Positions 18,104-28,221 of a stretch of DNA of 64,000 bases are shown piece after piece. Source of the DNA: Minisyncoccota bacterium (GTDB taxonomy: Bacteria; Patescibacteriota; Minisyncoccia; Phycocordibacterales; UBA918); assembly GCA_021734905.1 (NCBI GenBank), contig JAIPIB010000001.1, positions 2,230 through 66,229 of the forward strand, in the 5' to 3' direction. Under the pieces are notes generated by a model, which had not been told where the DNA came from, searched no databases, and was given only the letters and a program-made list of their open reading frames with translations. How positions within the stretch are numbered: the stretch's first letter is position 1; every line of letters starts with the position of its first letter. Made by a program: the position numbers and the translations under genes.

Positions 18104-19783
18104 ATGGAACCTTTAATAAGAAAAGCAATTGAAAACGCTCTTGAAGAACTCGGCATTACTGGTGTCCTTTTTGCTGTGGAACACCCCGCAGAAATTACTC
18201 ATGGTGATTACTCAACGAATGTTGCGATGGTGTGCGCTAAAAAGTTGGGGAAGAGCCCTCACGAAATTGCGGAGCAATTTCGTGAGGTACTTGAGGGAAA
18301 AATTTCTCATGTTGATTCAGTAAGTATTGCGGGCTCAGGGTTTATTAATTTTCACCTCACGCGTGATTTTTTCTCCGAAAAAATCACGGACGTGAATACA
18401 AATCCAGAAACATTTGGAAAAAATGATTCACTCAAAGGTGAAAATATTATTTTTGAATATACGAGTCCAAATCTCTTTAAACCACTTCACATTGGTAATC
18501 TTGTCGGGAACATCGTGGGTGAATCCATCTCACGACTTTTTGAATACGGTGGAGCAACACTTAATCGTGTTAATTATCCTTCTGATATTGGACTCACTGT
18601 TGCAAAAGGTGTTTGGGGACTCCAGAAGACAGGTGGAGATCCAAAGGATATTAATCAAATTGGCGATGCATACCGTGTAGGAAATGATGCATATGAACAT
18701 GATCCAGAGGCCAAGGAAGAAATTGAGTTTGTAAACCGATCTCTGTATCTTAACGACAATGAAGACCTTACAAATCTTCGTGCACAGGGAATAGAAACAT
18801 CACGTGCCCGACTTGCAGATTTATGTCGAATGCTCGGAACAACATTTGATACAGAAATTTTTGAAAGTGAGGTTAGTGCACTTGGTACGAAGATTGTTCG
18901 TGAAAATATTGGTAAGGTCTTTGAGGAAAGTAATGGGGCAGTCATATTTCGAGGTGAAAAATATGGTTTTCATACTCGTGTCTTTCTCAACTCGCAAGGA
19001 CTTCCAACATATGAAGCAAAGGATGTTGGAAACTTTGCAAAGAAGCAGGAAAAATACCCAGATTGGACACAAACTTTTGTAGTAACAGGTGGAGAACAAC
19101 GTGAATATTTTAAGGTGCTCATTGCCGCTCTCCGTGAGGTATTTCCTGATATAAGTCACAAAAAAATTGAGCACATTCCAACAGGTTTTCTTACGCTCAC
19201 TACAGGAAAAATGTCATCTCGAAAAGGAAACGTCCTTACAGGGGAGTCGTTGATTGCTGAGGTTAAGGATGAGGTAGAAGCTCGCGCGAAAGAAAGTAGG
19301 GCAGAGAACGTTACGGAACTTACCGAGCAAGTTTCCATCGGTGCGCTTAAATATCAGATTCTCCGTCAATCAGTCGGGTCCGATATTGTCTTTGATAAAG
19401 AACGAGCACTATCACTTGAGGGAGACTCTGGCCCGTACCTCATGTACACGCACGCGCGCATTTCCTCTATAGAAGAGAAGGCACATAAGATAGGGATGAA
19501 TTCTGATACAAAGGTTGCCCCAAGTGTTCCGTATGAAATTGAGAAGCTTATCTATCAGTTCCCTGAAGTCATCGTAAAAGCACAAACAGAACGAGCACCT
19601 CATTATGTGGTTACGTACCTTACTGCACTCGCAAGTTCATTTAATTCATTCTACGCACATGAAAAAATTATTGATAATGAAGATATGTACGCACCATACA
19701 AATTAGCGGTCGCGTCATCAGTAAAAAATATTCTCAGAAACGGACTCTGGGTACTTGGAATGAAAGCTCCCGAGAAAATGTGA
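18104..19783 (+). CDS. argS: arginine--tRNA ligase
   Basis: Class I HIGH-type motif SPNLFKPLHIGNLVGN and KMSSRKG (KMSK), length and N-terminal add-on domain fit ArgS. Confidence 0.8.
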   Translation: MEPLIRKAIENALEELGITGVLFAVEHPAEITHGDYSTNVAMVCAKKLGKSPHEIAEQFREVLEGKISHVDSVSIAGSGFINFHLTRDFFSEKITDVNTNPETFGKNDSLKGENIIFEYTSPNLFKPLHIGNLVGNIVGESISRLFEYGGATLNRVNYPSDIGLTVAKGVWGLQKTGGDPKDINQIGDAYRVGNDAYEHDPEAKEEIEFVNRSLYLNDNEDLTNLRAQGIETSRARLADLCRMLGTTFDTEIFESEVSALGTKIVRENIGKVFEESNGAVIFRGEKYGFHTRVFLNSQGLPTYEAKDVGNFAKKQEKYPDWTQTFVVTGGEQREYFKVLIAALREVFPDISHKKIEHIPTGFLTLTTGKMSSRKGNVLTGESLIAEVKDEVEARAKESRAENVTELTEQVSIGALKYQILRQSVGSDIVFDKERALSLEGDSGPYLMYTHARISSIEEKAHKIGMNSDTKVAPSVPYEIEKLIYQFPEVIVKAQTERAPHYVVTYLTALASSFNSFYAHEKIIDNEDMYAPYKLAVASSVKNILRNGLWVLGMKAPEKM

Positions 19784-19800
19784 AATGAGCAAAGGAATAA

Positions 19801-19858
19801 AGTGACTATTGCGAATTTCTGTCTCAGTTTTCTATTCCTGATGAAAACTGCTAGACGC
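19801..19858 (+). repeat. REP-like element, B-variant
   Basis: gtgactattgcgaatttctgtctcagttttctattcctgatgaaaactgctagacg; stem cagttttc/gaaaactg. Confidence 0.6.
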
Positions 19859-19904
19859 TGTTATATTTAAGATAATCTCGGTCGCTTGCAGCGACAATGC
19901 TGAA

Positions 19905-19950
19905 CTTCCTTCCTGATTTTCTATTCATAATGGAAATCACTGGAAGTTTC
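19905..19950 (+). repeat. REP-like hairpin with TATTCATAATG loop
   Basis: gaacttccttcctgattttc-tattcataatg-gaaatcactggaagtttcc. Confidence 0.55.
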
Positions 19951-19972
19951 CAACTACCTCAGTCTCTGCACA

Positions 19973-20030
19973 TAAGCGACTATTGCGAATTTTTATCGTT
20001 CATCATTAATAGTGCGTATTACCGGAAATC
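19973..20030 (+). repeat. REP-like element, partial (5' box only)
   Basis: gcgactattgcgaatttttatcgttcatcattaatagtgcg. Confidence 0.45.
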
Positions 20031-20105
20031 AATTCTTGCAGGTTTTGGCGCTCTACGGTAAAGTAGTTTTGGAATTCACGACATGGTCGTGGAAACAACA
20101 AGGAG

Positions 20106-20378
20106 ATGATAAAGATGAAGAATTCAATGAAGATACTTGGTCCCAGTGAGACTGCCTGGGCAGTCCAATGTGACGTTGAGGAAATAGATCCACAACAACT
20201 GTTTGCTCGAGATCTACTCGTGAAGAAAGCGAATGTGCCGTTTGATCAGGCGGATGAATACGTCAGGAGAATCGGGACATCTGCCTCGGCGAACCTCAAG
20301 CTCCTTCTTCAAAAGTCGCTTGATCCAGCCGACGACTTCCGTTCCTTCGAAGCAAGTCTGGCGACGGTGGCACATTGA
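20106..20378 (+). CDS. hypothetical small protein (90 aa) in a GC-rich islet
   Basis: Only gene in window with a clear SD (aaggag 4-9 nt upstream); own terminator at 20403-20427; GC visibly ~50% vs ~38% surroundings. Confidence 0.4.
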   Translation: MIKMKNSMKILGPSETAWAVQCDVEEIDPQQLFARDLLVKKANVPFDQADEYVRRIGTSASANLKLLLQKSLDPADDFRSFEASLATVAH

Positions 20379-20402
20379 GGACGAAAAACCAGCAAAGAGG
20401 AA

Positions 20403-20427
20403 AGGCCGGCACTGTCGGCCTTTTTCT
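20403..20427 (+). terminator. intrinsic terminator (ggccggcactgtcggcc + TTTTT)
   Basis: seen in sequence directly after 90-aa ORF. Confidence 0.7.
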
Positions 20428-20481
20428 ATGAGTAGCAGAGCTAATGATTTATGCTATGATGCTTAGGCATGTCTGATATAC

Positions 20482-23400
20482 ATGCTTATTATTATGTCTG
20501 ATATACATAACCATATGGATACAAATAAAGAGGATGAGAAGAGTGATGTTGCGCGTCGTGAAGAGGATGTTCTGGCGTTTTGGAACGAGCGCGATATTTT
20601 TAATAAAAGTCTAGAAAAGGAATCACCGAATGGTGATTTTGTGTTTTATGACGGTCCACCGTTTGCGACGGGGACTCCCCACTACGGGCATATTCTTGCG
20701 GGGACAATCAAAGATGCTATTCCAAGGTTTTGGACAATGAATGGATACCGCGTGAAGCGGAAGTGGGGTTGGGACTGCCATGGTCTTCCCCTTGAAAATA
20801 TTATTGAGAAGAGGCTTGGACTTGCAACAAAGAGGGATATTGAAGAACTTGGCGTAAAGAAATTTAACGAGGCTGCACGGGATGCAGTGCTTGAGTATGA
20901 GGATGACTGGAAAGTGGTCGTGCCACGAATGGGACGGTGGGCAGACATGGAACATGACTACAAGACAATGGATTCAACATATACCGAATCAGTATGGTGG
21001 GTTTTTTCTGAACTTAACCGTAAGGGGCTTGTGTATGGAGGATTTAAGTCAATGCACCTCTGTCCACGTTGTGGTACTACACTCTCAAACTTTGAGGTGA
21101 ATCAGGGATACAAAGATATCAAGGATATTGCTGTAACGGTAGAACTTCCACTTCTTGATGAGGAAGGAAAAATCACTGACACATCTCTTCTTGTGTGGAC
21201 GACGACTCCGTGGACACTTCCAGGGAACATGGCTGCAGCAGTGCACAATGATATTGAGTACGTAGTAGTTGAAAAAAAAGATGAAGGTGAGGGAGAATTA
21301 GTGCGCTTCATTGTTGCAAAAGGCAGACTCGAAGCAATTTTCGGAGGTCAGGAATACACCATCGTCGAGGAGATAAAAGGAAGTGAGCTTGTGGGAAAAT
21401 CATATCAACCTCCTTTCGACTATTTTCAGAAACAAGAATTTCAACATAAAGAAAAGGCATGGAAAATTTACCACGCAGACTATGTTGAGCTTGGTGAGGA
21501 TGGAACAGGCGCGGTACATATTGCTCCTGCGTATGGAGAAGAGGATATGGAGCTCGCAAAAAAAGAAGGATTTCCTATCATGCACCATGTTGATGAGTTG
21601 GGACACTTCAAAGATTTTGTAACTGATTTTAAGGGGCAGTTGGTTAAGCCAAAGGATGATGACGATGCTGGAGTAACTCACCTTGAGGCCGATATAGAGA
21701 TTGTTAAGGCCTTGAAAGTATCCGGAAAATTGTTTCAAAAGGAAAATATTACGCACTCGTATCCACACTGTTGGCGATGTGACACTCCGCTTATTAACTA
21801 CGCAACAACATCATGGTTTGTTCGTGTAACTGATCTCAGAGATCGTCTTGTCGAAGAGAACAGTAAGGTATGCTGGGTTCCTGAACACGTCGGGAGAGCA
21901 CGATTTGGAAAATGGCTTGAGGGTGCTCGTGACTGGGCAATATCACGACAACGCTATTGGGGAGCACCACTGCCAATTTGGAAGAATCAAAAAACTGGTG
22001 AAGCAAAAATTATTGGTTCACTCAGTGACCTCCAGCAGTATGTTCGAAAAACTGGGAATTCGTATTTCCTCACACGTCATGGAGAATCAGAATTTAATAC
22101 GAAGTGGATTTTGAACGGGACCACTGGTGTTGAAAACGGACTTACTGAAAAAGGGAAAGAACAAGTTGACACTGCTTCAGCAATTCTTAAAGATGAAAAG
22201 ATAGACCTTATCTACCACTCTCCACTTGAAAGAACAACCGAGACAGCGCTAAAAATTGCACAAACACTCGGACTTGGAGAGGACTCACTTATTGCAGATG
22301 ATCGTTTGAAAGAGATGCAATTTGGTGAATTTGAGGGAAAAGAAGTCAATGATTATCTAGCCTTCTTTGGGAGTGGCTACAATCGACTTATTATGCATCC
22401 TGAGGGCGGTGAGTCATGGAGTGATGTGAAACGACGCGTTGGAGCATTTCTTTATGAAATAGATTCAAAACACACGGGGAAGCGTATTCTCATTGTTTCT
22501 CACAATGGTACGCTTCAAATGCTTCAGGCAGTTGCACAAGGCCTTGAACATGAGAGACTAGGCCATCTCGTTGGAGAAGATAGACTCGATATACAGAACG
22601 CAGAAGTTCGAGCGTTTTCATTTGTTCCAATGCCACATAACGACGATTACGTTCTCGATTTTCACCGGCCATACATTGATGAGATTGGACTCGTTGATAC
22701 AGATGGAGAAATTATGAAACGCATCCCCGACGTCTTTGATTGTTGGTTTGAGTCTGGCTCTATGCCGTATGCACAAAACCACTACCCATTTGAAAATAAA
22801 GATGTTTTTAACGCAGAGCAAGGGCGAGGGTTTCCGGCACAATTTATCGCGGAAGGCCTCGACCAAACCCGAGGATGGTTTTACTCACTTATTGTTTTAG
22901 GAGTGTCACTCTTCGGTAAGTCGCCCTACGAAAACGTTATTGTGAATGGCCTTGTTCTTGCCGAAGACGGAAAGAAGATGAGTAAACGTTTACAGAATTA
23001 CCCAGATCCGATGGAACTTGCTGATCGGGTTGGCGCCGATGCGATGCGGTACTACCTTCTTTCTTCGTCGATTGTTCGTGGGGAAGATCTTAATTTCTCA
23101 GAAAAAGAAGCACTTGAATTGCAGAGAAAAAATATTGGACGCCTTCACAACGTACTCGCGATGTATCAAATGTATGCGGACGAAGGTATCGCGCCAAGTA
23201 ACAGCTCAGAGAACCCACTTGACCGGTGGATACTTTCTCGAACAAATGAAATGCTTCGTGACGTTACAGTAGGATATAAGAATTACGAGCTCGACAAAGC
23301 AACACGTCCAATCGCAGACTGCATTGAGGATCTCTCAGTCTGGTATTTGCGCCGTTCTCGTGAGCGCTTGAAGGGGGGTGATAGCAATGATAAAAAACAC

Positions 23401-24048
23401 GCACTGGGGACACTTCGCTATGTGTTACAGAGCTTGTCTCTAGTGATGGCGCCGGTTATGCCTTTCTACGCAGAACACCTTTTTCAACGTGTTCGTGAAG
23501 CTAATGATGCAGAAAGTGTCCACTTAATGAATTGGCCTAGCGTAGGAGCTGTAGATGCAGACATTCTTTCAGGGATGAGTGAAGTGAGGCGTATTGTTAC
23601 AGAGGCTCTTGAACTGAGAACAAAGGCAAATATGAAAGTTCGTCAGCCACTCGCAAAACTCACCTTTGGTTCTGATGTTCCAAGCATGAAAGATGATTTA
23701 TTTTTCTTGTTAGTGGATGAGGTAAATGTGAAAGTTGTGGAAAAAATAAACGATAAAGAAAAAACAGCAGTATGGCTCGACACGACTATTACCGAAGAGC
23801 TTAAGCGTGAAGGTGACGTCCGAGAGCTTATGCGAAGTATTCAGGATTCCAGAAAGGTGAAAGGACTGAGTCCACAAGACAGGATAGTGCTCCGTGTTTC
23901 AGAAGGGACAAAACAACTTATTTCTGGATTCGAAATAGAAATAATGTCTGTCGTTGGAGCTGTAGATATACGCACTGATTCGAATGTGTCTGGCGGGGAA
24001 GTCATCATTGATTCTGTTATCTATAACTTTGCAATAGAAATGCAATAA
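20482..24048 (+). CDS. ileS: isoleucine--tRNA ligase, type 2 (eukaryote-like), with inserted histidine-phosphatase (PGM-type) domain
   Basis: FYDGPPFATGTPHYGHIL (type-2 IleS HIGH), GWDCHGLPLE, DVFDCWFESGSMPYAQ, KMSKRLQNYPDP; internal ~190 aa FLTRHGESEFN...ILIVSHNGTL matches phosphoglycerate-mutase-type histidine phosphatase. Confidence 0.9.
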   Translation: MLIIMSDIHNHMDTNKEDEKSDVARREEDVLAFWNERDIFNKSLEKESPNGDFVFYDGPPFATGTPHYGHILAGTIKDAIPRFWTMNGYRVKRKWGWDCHGLPLENIIEKRLGLATKRDIEELGVKKFNEAARDAVLEYEDDWKVVVPRMGRWADMEHDYKTMDSTYTESVWWVFSELNRKGLVYGGFKSMHLCPRCGTTLSNFEVNQGYKDIKDIAVTVELPLLDEEGKITDTSLLVWTTTPWTLPGNMAAAVHNDIEYVVVEKKDEGEGELVRFIVAKGRLEAIFGGQEYTIVEEIKGSELVGKSYQPPFDYFQKQEFQHKEKAWKIYHADYVELGEDGTGAVHIAPAYGEEDMELAKKEGFPIMHHVDELGHFKDFVTDFKGQLVKPKDDDDAGVTHLEADIEIVKALKVSGKLFQKENITHSYPHCWRCDTPLINYATTSWFVRVTDLRDRLVEENSKVCWVPEHVGRARFGKWLEGARDWAISRQRYWGAPLPIWKNQKTGEAKIIGSLSDLQQYVRKTGNSYFLTRHGESEFNTKWILNGTTGVENGLTEKGKEQVDTASAILKDEKIDLIYHSPLERTTETALKIAQTLGLGEDSLIADDRLKEMQFGEFEGKEVNDYLAFFGSGYNRLIMHPEGGESWSDVKRRVGAFLYEIDSKHTGKRILIVSHNGTLQMLQAVAQGLEHERLGHLVGEDRLDIQNAEVRAFSFVPMPHNDDYVLDFHRPYIDEIGLVDTDGEIMKRIPDVFDCWFESGSMPYAQNHYPFENKDVFNAEQGRGFPAQFIAEGLDQTRGWFYSLIVLGVSLFGKSPYENVIVNGLVLAEDGKKMSKRLQNYPDPMELADRVGADAMRYYLLSSSIVRGEDLNFSEKEALELQRKNIGRLHNVLAMYQMYADEGIAPSNSSENPLDRWILSRTNEMLRDVTVGYKNYELDKATRPIADCIEDLSVWYLRRSRERLKGGDSNDKKHALGTLRYVLQSLSLVMAPVMPFYAEHLFQRVREANDAESVHLMNWPSVGAVDADILSGMSEVRRIVTEALELRTKANMKVRQPLAKLTFGSDVPSMKDDLFFLLVDEVNVKVVEKINDKEKTAVWLDTTITEELKREGDVRELMRSIQDSRKVKGLSPQDRIVLRVSEGTKQLISGFEIEIMSVVGAVDIRTDSNVSGGEVIIDSVIYNFAIEMQ

Positions 24049-24623
24049 TGGCATACCAAACGTACATTACCGAAGCGCTCGTATGTGGGAGTACCGATAG
24101 TCATACTGCAGACCGGTCCTTTCTGCTCTTTACGAGAGAAGCAGGGATGATTTTTGCGCACGCAAAGAGTGTTCGCGAGGAGCGGTCGAAACAGAGGTAC
24201 GCACTTCAAGACTGCTCACATATTCGAGTGACACTCATCCGCGGGAAGAGTGGATGGAAAATTGCAGGCGTTGAATCATTTCACAACTTCTATACTCTTG
24301 CAAAAACTCGAGAAACTCGAGCATTTTTGCGCAACACGATACACTTACTCAGACGAGTGGTCCATGGTGAGACGTCATACAAGGAAATCTTTGATGACGT
24401 TATATCTGCATGTCTAAAATCAGAAGAATATTCGCATAAAAAGCTTGAGCTCGTCCTTTTTGCACGCATTTTACATGCACTTGGATACATTGCCTCAGTT
24501 AAAGAACTCGAACCACTATTGAAAAAAGAGATGCCATTTTCTTTGATTGCCACGTTAGTGCCAGAAGATGAAGAAATATGTCGAGAGGCGATTGACCATG
24601 CACTTGTCCAGAGCCAATTGTAG
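24048..24623 (+). CDS. recO: DNA repair protein RecO-like (short)
   Basis: N-terminal OB-fold pattern (..FLLFTREAGMIFAHAKSVREERSKQRYALQ..HIRVTL) resembles RecO; start codon overlaps ileS stop; glyQS nearby as in common recO-glyQS synteny. Confidence 0.45.
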   Translation: MAYQTYITEALVCGSTDSHTADRSFLLFTREAGMIFAHAKSVREERSKQRYALQDCSHIRVTLIRGKSGWKIAGVESFHNFYTLAKTRETRAFLRNTIHLLRRVVHGETSYKEIFDDVISACLKSEEYSHKKLELVLFARILHALGYIASVKELEPLLKKEMPFSLIATLVPEDEEICREAIDHALVQSQL

Positions 24624-24665
24624 GTCGGAGATTTTACCTATACATGCTGTGATATACTCGTAACA

Positions 24666-26735
24666 ATGAGCAATAATGATCGAAAGTCAGAAGATCAGAA
24701 AACACTGAATGAAGAGGCAAATACTTCAAATGATAATGCTCGTGCGCGGGCACAGCAGGAGGCTGAACGGATTGGGGCACTTCGTGAACGGCTTTATTCT
24801 CGCGGGAATGTGTCTACTCCATACACCCGACACACACTCAAGAGAAATACGTCTTTAGAACAAACTAGTATTCCTCAAAGTGTTAAACCAAAACCCCAAC
24901 CAAGCCCTGTCATGAATGAGATTCCTAAAGAGGTGGATGTTAGCACATCATCTAATGGTGATAGACACAGAGTAGAGGAGAATGCGATACAATACAGTGA
25001 CATGGTATCGAACAAGCGAAAATCATTTCGAAAAAAAACAGTACTTCTTGGGGTGGTATTTTTTGTAGTGGCTCTCGCCACATCAAGTCTGTTCATGTTG
25101 TCAGGTACAAATACAATCTCTGGTGAAAATATTTCTATAAATGTTGCAGGACCAATCGCTATTGGTGGCGGTGAAGAAATGCCATTTCAGGTATCAATAG
25201 CAAACCAAAACACTGTCGCGATTCAGGCCGCAACACTGATTATTGAATACCCAAGCGGAACACATAGTTCAACAGAGTCAAATAAAGAAATCGGAATTGT
25301 TAGGCAGTCACTTGATACTATCGGGACAGGAGAACTCATCAATGTCCCCCTCAAGGCTAGATTTTTTGGTGGAGAAAATGATGAGAAAGAGATAAAGGTA
25401 TCCATTGAGTATCGCATCGCCGGTTCAAACGCGACATTTCGGAAGGCGGCAACACCACTCAGATTTAAAGTCAGTACATCACCAATCGTGATGACATTTG
25501 ACTCAATAAAAACTATTTCATCAAATCAGGAGATAACGCTTAAACTTACTATCCAATCAAATTCGCCGACAGTGCTTACTGACATTCTTGTAAAAACATC
25601 ATACCCATTAGGGTTTGATTTTACTGAATCGGATGTTGAAACAGTCTCTGGTGAAGACACTTGGAAATTTAGCTCATTAAAACCAAATGAGAAGAAGACA
25701 GTTACTATCAAAGGCCTTATGACTGGGTATGAGGACGAAGTACGTAAATTTACGGCAACTGCCGGTGTCGCAAATGAAACTGATAAAAATACACTTACTT
25801 CTACACTTGCGAGTGCGAGTACTGAAATTATTATTGAACAGCCATTCCTTGATGTAGAAGTCCTTGTGAACGGGATTTCGACAGAGACTGTAGTTATTAG
25901 TACAGACGAAATAGCAAATATAGAAATTAGATACAAAAATGTCCTCGACACAGCCATCTATGATGGAAAAGTGCTCGTAGAACTCGGCGGAAATGCTCTG
26001 AACGAATTTACTGTTGGAGACGGCGGAGGATTTTATAATTCAACAAATAACACGCTGACGTTGGACAGTGCAGACGAAAAAGGCCTTGAGGAAATTTTAC
26101 CAGGACGGATGAGTAAAGTTTTCTTTACGATTAAACCAAAGGAAAATATTGGACGTGCGCCAGAAGTTAAGCTCAATGTTACGGTGAAAGGACAGAGGAT
26201 TTTTGAGGATAGGGCAGCGCAAGAACTTGTGGGGACTGTATCAAAGTCTATAAAAATAGAGAGTATTCCAACACTCGCCTCGTCGGTGGTGTACGAGGGT
26301 GGTCCTTTTATGAATACAGGACCAACTCCGCCAATTGCGGAAAAAATGACACAATATACATACAAGCTTGTTGTAAAGTCAGGCGCGAATGATGTGACTG
26401 GCGCCGAGTTGACTGCGGTTGTACCACAATACGTAAATTGGTTAGACTTAGTTACTGATGGCGACACCGTTACATATAATGCGACGACGCGCACTATCAA
26501 ATGGAATATTGGAGATCTTAGTTCAAATACTGAAGTAGAAGTCAGTATGCAAGTTTCGTTTATTCCAAGCTTCTCACAGGTTGGAAAGACGCCAACACTC
26601 CTCGAAGCACAACGACTAAAAGCGACAGATCGCTTTACAGGAACAGTAATTCGGGCAGAACACCCAGCGCTTACAACGGGGCGTTTGGGTGAGACAGACG
26701 AAGCACTACGGGATGGGAAAGTGCGGGCAGAATAG
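24666..26735 (+). CDS. hypothetical surface protein: disordered charged N-terminus, single TM, repeated beta-rich (Ig-like) extracellular domains
   Basis: TM segment VLLGVVFFVVALATSSLFML; remainder T/S/V-rich beta-pattern repeats. Confidence 0.45.
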   Translation: MSNNDRKSEDQKTLNEEANTSNDNARARAQQEAERIGALRERLYSRGNVSTPYTRHTLKRNTSLEQTSIPQSVKPKPQPSPVMNEIPKEVDVSTSSNGDRHRVEENAIQYSDMVSNKRKSFRKKTVLLGVVFFVVALATSSLFMLSGTNTISGENISINVAGPIAIGGGEEMPFQVSIANQNTVAIQAATLIIEYPSGTHSSTESNKEIGIVRQSLDTIGTGELINVPLKARFFGGENDEKEIKVSIEYRIAGSNATFRKAATPLRFKVSTSPIVMTFDSIKTISSNQEITLKLTIQSNSPTVLTDILVKTSYPLGFDFTESDVETVSGEDTWKFSSLKPNEKKTVTIKGLMTGYEDEVRKFTATAGVANETDKNTLTSTLASASTEIIIEQPFLDVEVLVNGISTETVVISTDEIANIEIRYKNVLDTAIYDGKVLVELGGNALNEFTVGDGGGFYNSTNNTLTLDSADEKGLEEILPGRMSKVFFTIKPKENIGRAPEVKLNVTVKGQRIFEDRAAQELVGTVSKSIKIESIPTLASSVVYEGGPFMNTGPTPPIAEKMTQYTYKLVVKSGANDVTGAELTAVVPQYVNWLDLVTDGDTVTYNATTRTIKWNIGDLSSNTEVEVSMQVSFIPSFSQVGKTPTLLEAQRLKATDRFTGTVIRAEHPALTTGRLGETDEALRDGKVRAE

Positions 26736-26818
26736 AAGGAAGCTTGAAATATGGAGCGTTTCTCTATATTGTGGTCTAGAAGTTAATGAACGAGTCACCC
26801 TAAATTGCATATATACAT

Positions 26819-28210
26819 ATGGCACAAGAAAAAACAGATAAAATGGAAAAAATAGTGTCGCTCTGTAAGCGCCGGGGGTTTGTGTTTCAAGGGTCTGAAA
26901 TATATGGCGGCCTTGCCGGAGTGTATGATTTTGGTCCACATGGAGTTGAACTTCTCAACAACATCAAGAAATCTTGGTGGAAAGAAAATGTCTACGATAA
27001 AGAAAACTATTTTGGGATTGATTCAGGAATGTTTAAAAATCCTAAAGTATGGGAGGCCTCGGGACACACAAGTGGTTTTTCTGACCCACTCGCTGAATGT
27101 CGTGAGTGTAATACACGTATTCGGGTTGATAAAGAGCTTGAACGAGTCGGGGTCACTGCTGACGAAAAGATGTCGGACGAAGAGATAAACAGACTTTTTA
27201 ATGAGCACAGAGATGAAATTGTATGTACAAAATGTGGCAAGAAAGATTTCACCGAAGCTCGTTCGTTTAACTTGCTCGTCAAATCTAACCTTGGTGACTT
27301 TACTTCAGAAGCTAGTGAGCCAGTGTATTTACCAGGTGAAGCGTGTCAAGGAATTTATCTCAATTTTAAAAATATTGTTGATACGATGCAACCGAAAGTT
27401 CCATTCGGTGTTTCTCAGATTGGGAAAGCATTTAGAAATGAAATTTCACCACGTAATTTTCTGTTCCGAACACGCGAGTTTGAACAAGCAGATACACAAT
27501 ATTTTGTTCGACCAAATGAAAACAAAGAGGCATTTGAAAGGATTAAAAAAGAACGGTGGGATTGGTACATATCTCTTGGTATTGATGAAAAGAAACTTCG
27601 TTTCAAGCAGCATGAGAACCTTGTTTTCTACGCAGCTGATGCATGGGATATAGAGTACGAATTTCCAACAGGGTTTGATGAAATTGAAGGAATTCACGAT
27701 CGTACTGATTATGATCTCACGCAGCACATGAAGTTTTCAGGGGTTGACTTGCGGTACACAGATCCAAATTCAGGAGAGAAGTATATTCCATGGATTCTTG
27801 AGACGTCGATGGGTCTCGGCAGGGCATTCTTTGCAGTGATGACAGATGCATATTATGAAGAAGAGATGAATGGAGAGACACGTGTTGTTTTGAAGCTTGC
27901 GAAGCATCTTTCGCCATACCGAGCAGCGGTCTCACCACTCCTTAAAAATAAACCAGAGCTTGCAGAAAAAGCTCGCGAGGTCTTTCTCATGCTCAAAAAG
28001 ATGTTTGGAAATATTGCATGGGACGATAATGGCAATATTGGAAAGCGGTACCGGCGACAGGACGAGATCGGCACACCAGCGTGTATTGTCATCGATTTTG
28101 AGACCCTTGAAGGTGATACAAAAGATACTGTGACCGTGCGTGATCGTGATACAGGTGCCCAGAACCGAGTCCCTATTGCCGAGCTCGTCACATATTTGAC
28201 TCAGGTGTAA
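26819..28210 (+). CDS. glyQS: glycine--tRNA ligase (alpha2 dimeric type)
   Basis: RRGFVFQGSEIYGGLAGVYDFGPHG.. canonical class II GlyRS N-terminus. Confidence 0.85.
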   Translation: MAQEKTDKMEKIVSLCKRRGFVFQGSEIYGGLAGVYDFGPHGVELLNNIKKSWWKENVYDKENYFGIDSGMFKNPKVWEASGHTSGFSDPLAECRECNTRIRVDKELERVGVTADEKMSDEEINRLFNEHRDEIVCTKCGKKDFTEARSFNLLVKSNLGDFTSEASEPVYLPGEACQGIYLNFKNIVDTMQPKVPFGVSQIGKAFRNEISPRNFLFRTREFEQADTQYFVRPNENKEAFERIKKERWDWYISLGIDEKKLRFKQHENLVFYAADAWDIEYEFPTGFDEIEGIHDRTDYDLTQHMKFSGVDLRYTDPNSGEKYIPWILETSMGLGRAFFAVMTDAYYEEEMNGETRVVLKLAKHLSPYRAAVSPLLKNKPELAEKAREVFLMLKKMFGNIAWDDNGNIGKRYRRQDEIGTPACIVIDFETLEGDTKDTVTVRDRDTGAQNRVPIAELVTYLTQV

Positions 28211-28221
28211 TATCAAATTGC

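Noticed and set aside
20233-20466. 77-aa ORF in an alternative frame overlapping the 90-aa GC-rich ORF
   Set aside because: It overlaps 20106-20378 in another frame and runs through the terminator hairpin. The 20106 frame has the SD and is preferred.
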